Of a DNA stretch of 53,376 nucleotides, positions 1 through 13,027 are shown piece by piece (the first letter of the stretch is position 1; each line of letters begins with the position of its first letter). Made by a program: the position numbers and the translations under genes. This DNA is from Bacilli bacterium (GTDB taxonomy: Bacteria; Bacillota_I; Bacilli_A; RFN20; CAG-826): positions 2,413-55,788 of the forward strand of contig JALRKT010000005.1 of NCBI GenBank assembly GCA_023268805.1, in the 5' to 3' direction. The notes under the pieces are model-generated. The model was not told the origin of the DNA and did no database searches. It saw only the letters and a list, made by a program, of their open reading frames with translations.

Positions 1-24
1 GTATCTTGTAACGGTGTGTTCATC

Positions 25-49
25 AATAAAAGCAGCCCTTATCGGGCTG
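25..49 (-). terminator. Intrinsic terminator of the rpmH-rnpA-yidC-jag unit
   Basis: CAGCCC(33-38)/GGGCTG(44-49) stem followed on the minus strand by CTTTTATT, just past the jag stop. Confidence 0.65.
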
Positions 50-57
50 GGTTCTTT

Positions 58-657
58 TTAACCAACGTAGCGAATGCAGATCGCGCGGCGATGTCCTTCG
101 CCCACACTTTCTGTTTTAATGCCCGGCATACCCGATAACGCATTGTGAATCACACGACGTTCATCCGCAGGCATCGGATCAAGGGTAATATCTTGTTTGT
201 TTTTGGCCACATCACGGGCAAGACGACGCGCCATCGAGGTAATTTTTTCATATTTTGCATCTTTGTATTCGTTAATGTCTAAAAGAATGCGGTAACGTTT
301 ACGGAATTTGCTCGAAGTCGCTAATCGTGTGAGTTCATTGAGTGCTTGTAAGGTTTTACCGTTTTTTCCAATTAAAATCGGATTACGGGAGGTGTCTAAG
401 GTAATGTGAATAATATCACCTCTGAGTTCCGCTTTGGTTTTGACTTCAAACCCGAATTGAGAAATCGTTTTGACTAAATAGCTTTCGGCAAAGGCAACTG
501 CGTCGGCAAGTTCATAGACTTCGACGACAACCTTCTTAGAGAACAACCCTGCTTTTTCTTCGACGACTTTGTAGGCAAGTTCTTGATAAGGCGTTAAGAG
601 TTCGGCTTCAGCCGCTTTTAAGGCTTCTTCGAGGGATTTAGCAGTGTATGTTTTCAT
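58..657 (-). CDS. jag: Jag/KhpB RNA-binding protein (Jag_N, KH, R3H)
   Basis: N-terminal AKSLEEAL...GLFS, KH motif LIGKNGKTLQAL, R3H motif ERRVIH; conserved position after yidC. Confidence 0.95.
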   Translation of the reverse strand: MKTYTAKSLEEALKAAEAELLTPYQELAYKVVEEKAGLFSKKVVVEVYELADAVAFAESYLVKTISQFGFEVKTKAELRGDIIHITLDTSRNPILIGKNGKTLQALNELTRLATSSKFRKRYRILLDINEYKDAKYEKITSMARRLARDVAKNKQDITLDPMPADERRVIHNALSGMPGIKTESVGEGHRRAICIRYVG

Positions 658-1988
658 TTTTTAATCTCCATTAATTTTCGTGTTAATAATGTTTGTCCTA
701 AGGAAATAAGTGCCCCTACAAACCAATACACACCCATCGCGCTCGGTAATGAGAATCCCATCACAATAATCATGACAAACATCACGTTGCTAATCGTGTT
801 AGCTTGGGATTGCGAGGCAGAAGCGGCATTATTTTTCATCGTAGATCCCACTTCTTTGCGTGCTTTCTTTTGGAGCCACATCGGTAATTTCATCGCTACA
901 AATTGGGCCGCTGTCATGAGTAAGAAAATAACAATAGCAGTCCACCATTTCGCTTCAAACCAACTTGACGTAATCACACCACCGAGTGGGGAAGATAAGT
1001 TCAAGCCGAGGAAACTTCCAGTTGCCAGCACCGCTGATCCCGTCATGGCACCCCATACGGCAATAAAGACGGGGAATTGGACAAAGGCGACCAGGATTTG
1101 ATTAAACGGATTGACCCCGTGTTTTTTATACAAAGCCATCTGTTCTTGCGCCAAACGTTGACGTTCAAACTGATTGGTGTTGGAGTTGGGATATTTATTT
1201 TGAAGCTTGGCGATTTCCGGTTGAAGTAACGACATTTTTTGCGTCGCCACGGTGGACTTGAAAGTTGCGGCAATCATTAATCCACGTACAATTAAGGTTG
1301 TCAATAAAATCGCAAGCACTTGGCTTAGTCCAGAAATCGGACTCGCAAAAGCATTATTAAAGGTTTCAATTAAGAAGGCAATGGGGTAGACAAACAATCC
1401 TTCAATGAGGCCACGGTTAAAGGCTTCAGCCCACGTTTTTCCTTCAAAGAAAAACTCACCATCCGGACCATAATTTCCCGAAGTGGTGGTGATGCAGCTA
1501 CGGTACGTAGCGACGGCACGATCAACTTCTGATTTATAAAGGGTTGTGAAGTCACGGTTGGGGGTTTCTGCTAAAGGAAGATCGGTTTTGATTTCTCCGA
1601 CCCACTTATCCCAATTGGACCAAACGACAGAATTAGGTCCTAAGAATTTTACATATCCATAACTTAATAAAACTTCTTCATCGGACAGACTTTCTTCTCC
1701 GTTGTTAATCGCTTCTGCACGGGCCGCAGTTAAGACTTTATTATCCAAGGCTAACCAGAAAGCTTCGGAAGGGGTATCAATACCATCCTCTGCCGCTTGA
1801 TCGAGAATTTGTTGAAGACCTGGATTGGTTTCGTACACTTGGCTTGTCGCGTTATAGGACAAACCAGAATCATACGCATACATCATCCGGGTTAAATCGA
1901 CCTCTGAACAAAAGCTAGCCGTACACGAGGAAAGGACAAAAAGTCCACCCACCAATATCAAGGTCTTGTGTAGTTTATTCAGTTTCAT
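654..1988 (-). CDS. yidC: Membrane protein insertase YidC with lipoprotein signal and long N-terminal extracytoplasmic domain
   Basis: LQPEIAKLQNKY, LYKKHGVNP, QFPVFIA, PSAMGVYW motifs; lipobox LSSC; synteny rnpA-yidC-jag. Confidence 0.93.
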   Translation of the reverse strand: MKLNKLHKTLILVGGLFVLSSCTASFCSEVDLTRMMYAYDSGLSYNATSQVYETNPGLQQILDQAAEDGIDTPSEAFWLALDNKVLTAARAEAINNGEESLSDEEVLLSYGYVKFLGPNSVVWSNWDKWVGEIKTDLPLAETPNRDFTTLYKSEVDRAVATYRSCITTTSGNYGPDGEFFFEGKTWAEAFNRGLIEGLFVYPIAFLIETFNNAFASPISGLSQVLAILLTTLIVRGLMIAATFKSTVATQKMSLLQPEIAKLQNKYPNSNTNQFERQRLAQEQMALYKKHGVNPFNQILVAFVQFPVFIAVWGAMTGSAVLATGSFLGLNLSSPLGGVITSSWFEAKWWTAIVIFLLMTAAQFVAMKLPMWLQKKARKEVGSTMKNNAASASQSQANTISNVMFVMIIVMGFSLPSAMGVYWFVGALISLGQTLLTRKLMEIKK

Positions 1989-2323
1989 GATAATAACGAT
2001 CCTCCTAAAGATCGAATCAGTGTGAGAAGTTGTTGTTCGTTATCGAGAAAAGAATGGGTAAGATAATCATTTTTAACGATAATGACAAGATCAAGGGATT
2101 GATCGACAACCAGTCGGTGCTGAATCATAGAACGAACTTGGCGACGAATGCGATTACGAACGACGGCGATGCCGAGTTTTTTGCTAGTGGAGATGCCCAC
2201 ACGGACATGACCAAGTTCGTTTCGAGTTAAGTATATCGTAAAGCTCGAATTTCCGAGACGTTTTTTACCGGAAATTGTGTGTTGAAAGTCCTCGTTTTTC
2301 TTTAGCCGATAGACTTTATTCAC
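1985..2323 (-). CDS. rnpA: Ribonuclease P protein component
   Basis: YRLKKNEDFQ, RVGISTSKKLGIAVVRNRIRR (RNR motif); GTG start. Confidence 0.96.
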   Translation of the reverse strand: MNKVYRLKKNEDFQHTISGKKRLGNSSFTIYLTRNELGHVRVGISTSKKLGIAVVRNRIRRQVRSMIQHRLVVDQSLDLVIIVKNDYLTHSFLDNEQQLLTLIRSLGGSLLS

Positions 2324-2327
2324 AGCG

Positions 2328-2462
2328 TTACGCCGAAAGCTTTTTACGACCTTCTTGACGACGTTTGCTTAAAATGGTTCGACCGGTTTTGGTCGCCATA
2401 CGGGCACGGAAGCCGTGCACTGTTTGGTGTTTTCTTTTGCTAGGTTGATAAGTACGTTTCAT
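2328..2462 (-). CDS. rpmH: 50S ribosomal protein L34 (44 aa, absent from the ORF track)
   Basis: Manual translation [44 protein letters not shown]; GGAGG SD at 2470-2474 (minus strand). Confidence 0.97.
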   Translation of the reverse strand: MKRTYQPSKRKHQTVHGFRARMATKTGRTILSKRRQEGRKKLSA

Positions 2463-2500
2463 AGCGAGTCCTCCAAGCCGTATAAAAATACGCGCATAAA

Positions 2501-2530
2501 ATTATAGTCACTTAATCCGTAAAAAGTCAA
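2501..2530 (-). promoter_or_regulatory. Sigma-A type promoter of rpmH
   Basis: TTGACT-18 nt-TATAAT on the minus strand. Confidence 0.7.
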
Positions 2531-2562
2531 AGAAAATAACGCATTGACGCGATTGTTTTTAA

Positions 2563-2768
2563 CTATTCACACTCTAAGAAATAAATAACATCGATGGAAT
2601 CAACGCATTTCAAGTTATCCACATTTTCCACTGTTGAAATATGTTTTCCACATAGTTATCCACATAAAAAAGATGTGGAAAGTGTGGAAATCGCTATTTT
2701 TTCGGTGTTTTTTTGGGTTATCTTGTGGAAAGTATTATTTTACAAATAAAATTATATACTTATGCACA
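2563..2768. other. oriC DnaA-box cluster upstream of dnaA
   Basis: TTATCCACA at 2615 and 2656; near-consensus TTTTCCACT 2624, TTTTCCACA 2644, reverse boxes at 2674, 2683 and 2724, TTATGCACA 2760, CTATTCACA 2563. Confidence 0.92.
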
Positions 2769-2792
2769 TTATCTTTTTATAATACAAACATC

Positions 2793-4163
2793 ATGGTGAA
2801 TGCAACCTTATCGGAAATTGCCCAAATTTGGGAACGTGTATTGGATCGTTTGAGCCAAAAGATTAACGATCGCCATATTTTTGATTCTTTTTTTGCTGAT
2901 TCTTACATTCACACGATTCAAAACGATGAAATTGTTGTGGTGGTTAACTCGGGCCTCGCTGTTAATTTATTAAATACGCGCTATTTAGATATGGTGAGTC
3001 AAACTGTTCTTGATGTCACTCAATCTAATTTTAAACTTAAATTTGTTCAAAAGAGTGAACTTGAAAAAATTCCTGTCAATAAACCTCAAAAATCAAGCTT
3101 CTTTGCTAATTCCTTCGTTAACCGCAAATTTACGTTTGATAATTTTGTCGTTGGGACATCCAATCGAGAAGCCTATCAAGCCGCGTTACTCATTGCTTCA
3201 AATCCAGGAAAATTATTCAACTACAACCCACTTTTTATTTATTCCCAATCGGGTTTAGGTAAAACGCACTTACTCCACGCGATTGGTAATTACATCAAAG
3301 AAAATGCGTCTGCATTAAATGTTCTTTACATCACCACGGATGATTTTGTTGATGAATTCATCAAATATGTAAGTGGTGAAAAAGACAAAGATAACATGAA
3401 GGATTTCTTCAAAAACGTAGATGTCCTCATGGTGGATGATATTCAATTTTTAGCAGAGAAAACAAAAACCGAAGAAATGTTTTTTTACATCTTCAATAAC
3501 CTTGTCAATGACGGAAAGCAAATCATCTTAACGAGCGATCGGCATCCGAGTGAAATTCGTGGCATTGAAAGTCGCCTTGTTTCTCGCTTCAATTCAGGGT
3601 TAACCATGAATATTTTAGTGCCTGATTTATCCACCCGAGTCGCCATTCTTAAGAATAAAATTCAAGCCAATGGTTTGGATATTACGTATTTCGAGGAAGA
3701 TGTTCTTGATTTCTTCGCAGAACGCTTTTCCAACAACGTGCGTGAGCTTGAAGGGGCACTCAATCGTTTGTTATTTTATGTGATTAATATCAAACAAACT
3801 AAACACATTACCATGGAACTCGCGATGGAATCCGTTCAACCGTTAATGGGATCGAGCTCACCTACCAGTTCTTTAACCGAAACTCGCATAATTAATACGG
3901 TGGCAGACTACTATAACTTAACTTCTAACCAGATTACGGGTCGTATTCGTACAAATCAAATTGCCATGGCCCGCCATATCGCCATGTACCTCATTCGTAC
4001 CTTACTCGATATGCCCTTTTTGAAGATTGGAAGTTTATTCGGTGGCAAGGATCATTCCACGGTGATGAACGCGGTGTCAAAAGTGGAAAAATCGTTGAAA
4101 GTTGACAGTGCGATTGCGACCGCTGTCCAACAACTCAACCAACGCTTAAAAAAGATTGCTTAA
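2793..4163 (+). CDS. dnaA: Chromosomal replication initiator DnaA (start moved to ATG 2793)
   Basis: YNPLFIYSQSGLGKTHLL Walker A, DDIQF Walker B, NVRELEGAL, GGKDHSTV; the ORF-track extension 2634-2792 runs through DnaA boxes. Confidence 0.97.
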   Translation: MVNATLSEIAQIWERVLDRLSQKINDRHIFDSFFADSYIHTIQNDEIVVVVNSGLAVNLLNTRYLDMVSQTVLDVTQSNFKLKFVQKSELEKIPVNKPQKSSFFANSFVNRKFTFDNFVVGTSNREAYQAALLIASNPGKLFNYNPLFIYSQSGLGKTHLLHAIGNYIKENASALNVLYITTDDFVDEFIKYVSGEKDKDNMKDFFKNVDVLMVDDIQFLAEKTKTEEMFFYIFNNLVNDGKQIILTSDRHPSEIRGIESRLVSRFNSGLTMNILVPDLSTRVAILKNKIQANGLDITYFEEDVLDFFAERFSNNVRELEGALNRLLFYVINIKQTKHITMELAMESVQPLMGSSSPTSSLTETRIINTVADYYNLTSNQITGRIRTNQIAMARHIAMYLIRTLLDMPFLKIGSLFGGKDHSTVMNAVSKVEKSLKVDSAIATAVQQLNQRLKKIA

Positions 4164-4236
4164 ATCGATAAAAATTGCTCGTTCTTTCCTAACTCAAATA
4201 TGGTAAAATAGAGGAGCAAATAAGGGGAAATACGAC

Positions 4237-4276
4237 TTATCCACACTTACCACATGCCTTATTATGATTATTATCT
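4237..4276 (+). other. oriC basal unwinding element: tandem DnaA boxes, GC spacer, DnaA-trios
   Basis: TTATCCACA(4237) CTTACCACA(4246) TGCC then TTA TTA TGA TTA TTA in the dnaA-dnaN gap, the same layout as the B. subtilis incC unwinding region. Confidence 0.85.
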
Positions 4277-4297
4277 TTAAGGAGATAGAAAGATTAT

Positions 4298-5419
4298 ATG
4301 AAATTCAAAGTGCTTCGCGACGAATTATTAAAGAATGTCCAAATCGCTTCACGTGCGATTGCTGCCAAGAACCCAATCCCCGTTTTAGCCAATTTTAAAC
4401 TGGTTATTGATGAAAAGGGATTAACGATTTTAAGTTCGAATAACGAACTCTCCATCCTCACGCGTGTTCCGATTGCTTCGCAAGGAAAAACCATTCTTTC
4501 CGATATGGAAGAAGGGGGAACCTTAGTGAATGCTAAACTCTTTGCCGACATTGCTCGCAAAGTGGAAGGTGAAACCCTCTCCGTTGAATTGTTTGATGGT
4601 ACCGTTGTTCAAGTCAGTGACGGTCGATCCACGTATAAACTAAATTCCGTCAAAGTCGAAGAATATCCTGAACTTGATCTTGATCGATCGGGTGTCAAAT
4701 TAGATATTAACGCAAAAGTTCTTAAGAAGATTGTTGAACAAACAGCCTTCGCAGCGTCCACCAAAGAACAACGTCCGATTATGACCGCGGTCAATTTAGA
4801 TGTGGGAGATGGCAAACTCGTCGCAACAGCAACAGACTCTGCACGCTTATCCCGTAAGGAAGTTGCCATTGAAGCACCGGTTAAATTTACAGCCAATGTT
4901 CCCGCTAAAGCGCTAGTGGATGTGGTTGGATTAGCAGACAACGAAGAAACGGTCACGTTATCCACGACGGATAAACGTATTACCTTTGAATTTGGTACAA
5001 CCACGCTGATTTCTCGATTGGTGGGTGGAGATTACCCCAATACCGCGAATATCATTCCGAAAACAACCAACTTTGCGCTTATTGCCAACGCCAAAGAACT
5101 CATGGCCGCGATGGAACGTGTTGCCTTGCTTTCGGTCGAACGTGAAAATGTGATTAAACTCTCCCTTTCAGAAACGTCTGTTGAAGTTTCGAGTAAATCC
5201 GCTCAAGTCGGATCGGCAGTTGAAGCGTTATCTCATTTTTCCTTCAATGGTGACAAATTCGAAATTAGTTTTAATGCGGCGTATTTAATGGAAGCCATTC
5301 GCGCTGCGGATGCGGAAGATATTAAAATCGGCTTTTTAGGCGAAATGAGACCATTTGTCATCAAGAACGATAAAGATGACTCCCTCATTCAACTTGCCAC
5401 ACCAGTGCGTACATATTAG
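4298..5419 (+). CDS. dnaN: DNA polymerase III beta sliding clamp
   Basis: NPIPVLAN, ATDSARLS, SRLVGGDYP, ISFNAAYLMEAI, C-terminal PVRTY; SD AAGGAG. Confidence 0.97.
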   Translation: MKFKVLRDELLKNVQIASRAIAAKNPIPVLANFKLVIDEKGLTILSSNNELSILTRVPIASQGKTILSDMEEGGTLVNAKLFADIARKVEGETLSVELFDGTVVQVSDGRSTYKLNSVKVEEYPELDLDRSGVKLDINAKVLKKIVEQTAFAASTKEQRPIMTAVNLDVGDGKLVATATDSARLSRKEVAIEAPVKFTANVPAKALVDVVGLADNEETVTLSTTDKRITFEFGTTTLISRLVGGDYPNTANIIPKTTNFALIANAKELMAAMERVALLSVERENVIKLSLSETSVEVSSKSAQVGSAVEALSHFSFNGDKFEISFNAAYLMEAIRAADAEDIKIGFLGEMRPFVIKNDKDDSLIQLATPVRTY

Positions 5420-5445
5420 GTCTTAAAATCGATTTTAGAAGGGTG

Positions 5446-5481
5446 TTAGGGAATATAAATATTCCCTAATTTTTCTTTTTT
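5446..5481 (+). terminator. Intrinsic terminator after dnaN
   Basis: TTAGGGAATAT/ATATTCCCTAA 11-bp inverted repeat followed by TTTTTCTTTTTT. Confidence 0.8.
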
Positions 5482-5512
5482 GTGCTATAATAATTGAGGT
5501 TTGAATGTGTTT

Positions 5513-5736
5513 ATGACGAACAAAACACCGGAAGAAGTCCTCATTCGTACCCCCTATCTCCAATTGGGGCAACTTTTAAAAATGACAGGACTTATTGCCA
5601 CCGGGGGTGAAGTCAAAACCTATCTCCAATATCATGTTGTTTTAGTTAACGAACAACCTGATCAACGACGCGGGCGAAAACTTTATCCAGGTGATACTTT
5701 GCTCATTGAAGGTCGTCACTTTATCATTCGCTCCGC

Positions 5737-5740
<4 letters not shown>
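5513..5740 (+). CDS. yaaA: S4-domain RNA-binding protein YaaA
   Basis: LGQLLK..G...TGGEVK, RRGRKLYPGD; between dnaN and recF; extended -10 TGcTATAAT at 5483-5491; start could be 5507 (GTG) or 5513. Confidence 0.9.
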
Positions 5741-8788
<3,048 letters not shown>

Positions 8789-8798
8789 GGAGAACACC

Positions 8799-11294
8799 AT
8801 GGAAGATAACAAAGAAGATTTCATTCAAGAGGGGATTGAAGCGGGATTAAAAGACGTTGATATTTCCAGTGAAGTTAAAACCGCCTTTTTAGACTACTCG
8901 ATGTCGGTGATTGTCTCCCGCGCCATCCCAGATGTTCGTGATGGGTTAAAACCTGTTCATCGCCGCATTATTTTTGGCATGAATGAATTAGGCATGCAAT
9001 CGGACAAACCGTATAAAAAATCCGCCCGTATTGTCGGGGACGTCATGGGTAAATTTCACCCCCACGGTGATCAAGCGATTTACTCCACCCTTGTGCGTTT
9101 AGCCCAGCCATTTTCCATGCGTTATACCTTAGTGGATGGACACGGAAACTTTGGTTCGATTGATGGTGATGAAGCGGCAGCCATGCGTTATACCGAAGCG
9201 CGTATGGCAAAAATGGCGATGGAAATGGTGAAAGATATTAATTCAGACACCGTGGATTTCGTCGATAACTATGATGGGACTGAAAAAGAACCGGTCGTAC
9301 TTCCTTCACGTTTCCCGAACTTACTCGTCAATGGGGGTTCAGGGATTGCGGTCGGGATGGCAACGAATATGCCGACGCACAACTTACGCGAAGTGGTCAA
9401 TGCGATCAAGGCGTACGTCGCCAACCCAGAAATTACCGTCCCAGACCTTCTTGACATTATTCAAGGTCCTGATTTCCCAACAGGTGGGATTATTTTGGGA
9501 CGTGCTGGTATCCGCGATGCGTTTACTAACGGGACCGGCTCGGTCGTTATTCGTTCCAAAACCGACATCGAAGAAATGGATAATGGCAAAAAGCGCATTG
9601 TTGTGAATGAAATCCCGTATCAAGTGAATAAAGCGACCATGATTGAAACCATTGCGCGTTTAGCCAATGAAAAAGTGGTCGAAGGCATTACCGACATTCG
9701 CGATGAATCCAACAAAGACGGGATTCGCGTGGTCATCGAATTGAAAAAAGAAGTCATCCCCGAAGTCATTTTGAACCAACTCTTTAAACATAGCCAAATG
9801 CAAGTGAGTTTTGGCATTATTAACCTCGCACTTGTCAATGGTCAGCCCAAAGTGTTGAATCTTAAACAACTCATGCAGCACTATATGGACCACCAAATCG
9901 AAGTGGTGGAACGTCGTACGCGCTTCCAATTAGGAAAAGCCCTCGATCGTATTCATATCGTGGAAGGGTTTTTAATTGGGATTAACAACATCGATGAAAT
10001 TATTCAAATCCTGAAACAATCGGCTAACACCGAAACAGCACGATTAGCCCTAGGTCAACGGTTCTCGTTATCGGAACGTCAAACGAAAGAAATTGTCGAT
10101 ATGCCACTTCGTCGTTTAACCGGGTTAGAAAAACAAAAACTCGAAGACGAAAAGGTATCGCTCGAAAAAGATATTGCCTACTATAACCAATTATTAGCAG
10201 ACCGTAATCTCGTTCAAAGCGTTATTTTGACCGATCTTGATGCGATTGCAGATAAATTTGGCGATGATCGCGCGACAGAAATTACCGATGATACGTCGTC
10301 CATTGAAGACGAAGATCTCATTCCAGTGAGTCCGATCGTTGTGACCGTTACCAAAAACGGCTACATCAAACGCTTAGACCCCGAAGTGTTCAAAACCCAA
10401 CACAAAGGGGGGCGTGGGGTTAAAGGAACAGGTTTGAATGAAAATGATGCTGTTGAAATCATTATTCACGCGAGCACCCATACGGATATCCTCTTTTTCT
10501 CCAACCTAGGACGCATCTATCGTTTACGTGGATATCAAATCCCCGAAATGAGCAAGAATGCGAAGGGTATTCCTGCGGTCAACTTATTGCCCCTTGAAAA
10601 AGAAGAAGCCATTAAAACTATTATTCACGTGGACGAATACTTACCGAATCACCAACTTCTGTTTGTCACGCAACGGGGTGTTGTCAAACGTTCTCCGATT
10701 GAAGAGTTTGCTAAAATTAACCGTAACGGAAAGATTGCGATTACGCTTCGTGAAGGAGACATGCTTCTTGATGTTAAACACACCGATGGTCAACAACGGA
10801 TCGGTTTAGCCTCCTCGGAAGGGAAACTCGTTGCCTTTGATGAAAACGATGTTCGCGTCATGGGTCGTACTGCGGCGGGGGTTCGCGGCATGAGTGTTCC
10901 AAAAAACCATCAAGTGGTCAGTGTGACAACCTCCTCAGAAGGACGATTCATTCTTGTTGTCAGTGAAAATGGTTACGGAAAGAAAACACCGTTTGAAGAT
11001 TATCGCGAAACAAAACGCGGCGCAAAAGGTGTCTACACTATTAAATCCGATGCCAAGATTGGTAAACTGGTCGCGATGAATGCGGTCAATGGTGATGAAG
11101 ATTTACTCATTGTCACTAAAGCAGGTATTGTCATTCGTATTAATCTTGCACGTGTTAGTGAACAATCACGCAACACCATGGGGGTTCGCCTCATTCGTTT
11201 AGACGAAAAAGATCGTGTCTCTTCGTTAGCTGTGGTTGAAGCGTCAACGGATCCAGAAGACAATGTCGTTGAGGAGCTCCCTCAAGAGGAATAA
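8799..11294 (+). CDS. gyrA: DNA gyrase subunit A
   Basis: RDGLKPVHRR, HPHGD, catalytic AAMRYTE, GyrA-box QHKGGRGVKG, C-terminal pinwheel repeats. Confidence 0.98.
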   Translation: MEDNKEDFIQEGIEAGLKDVDISSEVKTAFLDYSMSVIVSRAIPDVRDGLKPVHRRIIFGMNELGMQSDKPYKKSARIVGDVMGKFHPHGDQAIYSTLVRLAQPFSMRYTLVDGHGNFGSIDGDEAAAMRYTEARMAKMAMEMVKDINSDTVDFVDNYDGTEKEPVVLPSRFPNLLVNGGSGIAVGMATNMPTHNLREVVNAIKAYVANPEITVPDLLDIIQGPDFPTGGIILGRAGIRDAFTNGTGSVVIRSKTDIEEMDNGKKRIVVNEIPYQVNKATMIETIARLANEKVVEGITDIRDESNKDGIRVVIELKKEVIPEVILNQLFKHSQMQVSFGIINLALVNGQPKVLNLKQLMQHYMDHQIEVVERRTRFQLGKALDRIHIVEGFLIGINNIDEIIQILKQSANTETARLALGQRFSLSERQTKEIVDMPLRRLTGLEKQKLEDEKVSLEKDIAYYNQLLADRNLVQSVILTDLDAIADKFGDDRATEITDDTSSIEDEDLIPVSPIVVTVTKNGYIKRLDPEVFKTQHKGGRGVKGTGLNENDAVEIIIHASTHTDILFFSNLGRIYRLRGYQIPEMSKNAKGIPAVNLLPLEKEEAIKTIIHVDEYLPNHQLLFVTQRGVVKRSPIEEFAKINRNGKIAITLREGDMLLDVKHTDGQQRIGLASSEGKLVAFDENDVRVMGRTAAGVRGMSVPKNHQVVSVTTSSEGRFILVVSENGYGKKTPFEDYRETKRGAKGVYTIKSDAKIGKLVAMNAVNGDEDLLIVTKAGIVIRINLARVSEQSRNTMGVRLIRLDEKDRVSSLAVVEASTDPEDNVVEELPQEE

Positions 11295-11297
11295 CAT

Positions 11298-12572
11298 ATG
11301 CTTGATTTTAACCTTATCAAAGCTCAGCCTGACATCATCGCAAAACGATTACAAAACAAAGGATTTGTGGTGGATTTCACCGAAATCCTTCGTGATGACC
11401 AACAACGAAAAACATGGTTATTAGAAATCGAACAAGTCAAGGCGGAAGTCAACCGCTTGTCTGCCAGTGTTCCTATTAAAAAGAAAGCAGGGGAAGATGT
11501 ACAACCCATTTTCCAACAAGTCAAACAACTCTACGCCTCCATCGCTGAAAAAGAAAAGGCGATGAAAGCCCTTGAAGTTAAAATGGATGCATTCTTATCG
11601 GAATTACCCAATCTTCCCGATGAAGACTTACTTGCCGGTGGCAAAGAAAACAACAAGGTTTTGCACGAAATTAACCCCAAACCTTCGTTTAATTTCCCCA
11701 TCAAAGATCACGTTGATCTTGCCGAATCGTTGCATTTAGTGGACTATCAACGGGCCGCAAAAATCTCGGGCGCTGGAACATGGATTTATACAGGTATTGG
11801 TGCACAACTCGAATGGGCTCTCTTAAATTTCTTTATCCAAGAACATTTAAAAGATGGTTACCAAATGATTCTTTTACCCCACCTTTTAAATTACGAATCA
11901 GGGTTAACCGCGGGACAATTTCCAAAATTTAAACAAGATGTGTTTTGGTTAGAACGTACAGAACCTGAAAAATTCTTATTACCGACCGCAGAAACAGGCT
12001 TAGTAAATCTTCATCGTAATGAAATTCTGAATGAGTCGGACTTACCCAAGAAATATTTTGCCTATTCTCCTTGCTATCGTTTTGAAGCGGGTAGTTATCG
12101 TTCTGAAGAACGAGGGATGATCCGTGGCTACCAATTTAACAAAGTTGAACTCGTTCAATACACCAAACCTGACCAAAGTGATGCGATGTTTGATGAATTG
12201 GTAAAAAAAGCGTCCTCCTTGGTAGAAAAGCTTGGTCTACATTTCCGAGTCTCCAAACTCGCAGCCGGGGATTGTTCGCATGCGATGGCAAGAACCTATG
12301 ATATCGAAGTGTTTATTCCTTCGTTAAATATTTATAAGGAAGTAAGTAGTGTGTCTAACGCCCGTGATTACCAAGCACGTCGGGGTATGGTTCGCTATAA
12401 AGACACCACTTTGAACAAAAATGTCTTTGCGCATACCTTAAACGCTTCTGCCTTAGCAACCTCTCGAATTTTGCCTGCCATTCTCGAACAATATCAAACC
12501 AAAGAAGGATGGGTTCGTGTTCCTACTGTTTTACAACCCTTTCTAGAGGGGCTTACTGTTTTACAACCATGA
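11298..12572 (+). CDS. serS: Seryl-tRNA synthetase
   Basis: LLPTAE, CYRFEAG, GMIRGYQFNKVE, EVSSVSN, HTLNASALATSR. Confidence 0.96.
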   Translation: MLDFNLIKAQPDIIAKRLQNKGFVVDFTEILRDDQQRKTWLLEIEQVKAEVNRLSASVPIKKKAGEDVQPIFQQVKQLYASIAEKEKAMKALEVKMDAFLSELPNLPDEDLLAGGKENNKVLHEINPKPSFNFPIKDHVDLAESLHLVDYQRAAKISGAGTWIYTGIGAQLEWALLNFFIQEHLKDGYQMILLPHLLNYESGLTAGQFPKFKQDVFWLERTEPEKFLLPTAETGLVNLHRNEILNESDLPKKYFAYSPCYRFEAGSYRSEERGMIRGYQFNKVELVQYTKPDQSDAMFDELVKKASSLVEKLGLHFRVSKLAAGDCSHAMARTYDIEVFIPSLNIYKEVSSVSNARDYQARRGMVRYKDTTLNKNVFAHTLNASALATSRILPAILEQYQTKEGWVRVPTVLQPFLEGLTVLQP

Positions 12573-13027
12573 TCGAACATAACGACGCTCATTGGATGAA
12601 TTTAGCACTTGAAGAAGCTCGCAAAGCCGCTTTTTTGGGGGAAGTTCCTGTGGGTGCCGTTTTAGTCCATCACAATACATTGCTCGCCCAAGCGCATAAC
12701 ACAAGGGAAACAACCCAACAAATTTCGGGACATGCTGAAATTAAGGTGCTTGAAAAAGCGGGTGAAGGGATTCAATCATGGCGTTTACCAGAAACAACCC
12801 TTTATGTCACGGTAGAACCGTGCTTGATGTGCGTAGGTGCTATTCTTCAAGCCCGTGTTCGACGGGTCGTCTTTGGGGTAAGGGAACCTAAATCAGGGAG
12901 TTTAGTATCAAATCTTCAACTTCTAAAAATCCCTAACACGCCTAAGGTTGAGATTACCGAAGGAATTCTTTCTTCGGAATGTCGATCATTAATGAAATCA
13001 TTTTTCGGAGTTCAACGTGAAAGCTAG
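12569..13027 (+). CDS. tadA: tRNA adenosine(34) deaminase (start ATG 12569, ATGA overlap with serS)
   Basis: EVPVGAV, HAE, YVTVEPCLMC zinc motif. Confidence 0.92.
   Translation: MIEHNDAHWMNLALEEARKAAFLGEVPVGAVLVHHNTLLAQAHNTRETTQQISGHAEIKVLEKAGEGIQSWRLPETTLYVTVEPCLMCVGAILQARVRRVVFGVREPKSGSLVSNLQLLKIPNTPKVEITEGILSSECRSLMKSFFGVQRES

Noticed and set aside
2634-2792. 53-codon N-terminal extension of DnaA in the ORF track
   Set aside because: Runs through the DnaA-box cluster and promoter and has no DnaA-like sequence; domain I begins at ATG 2793
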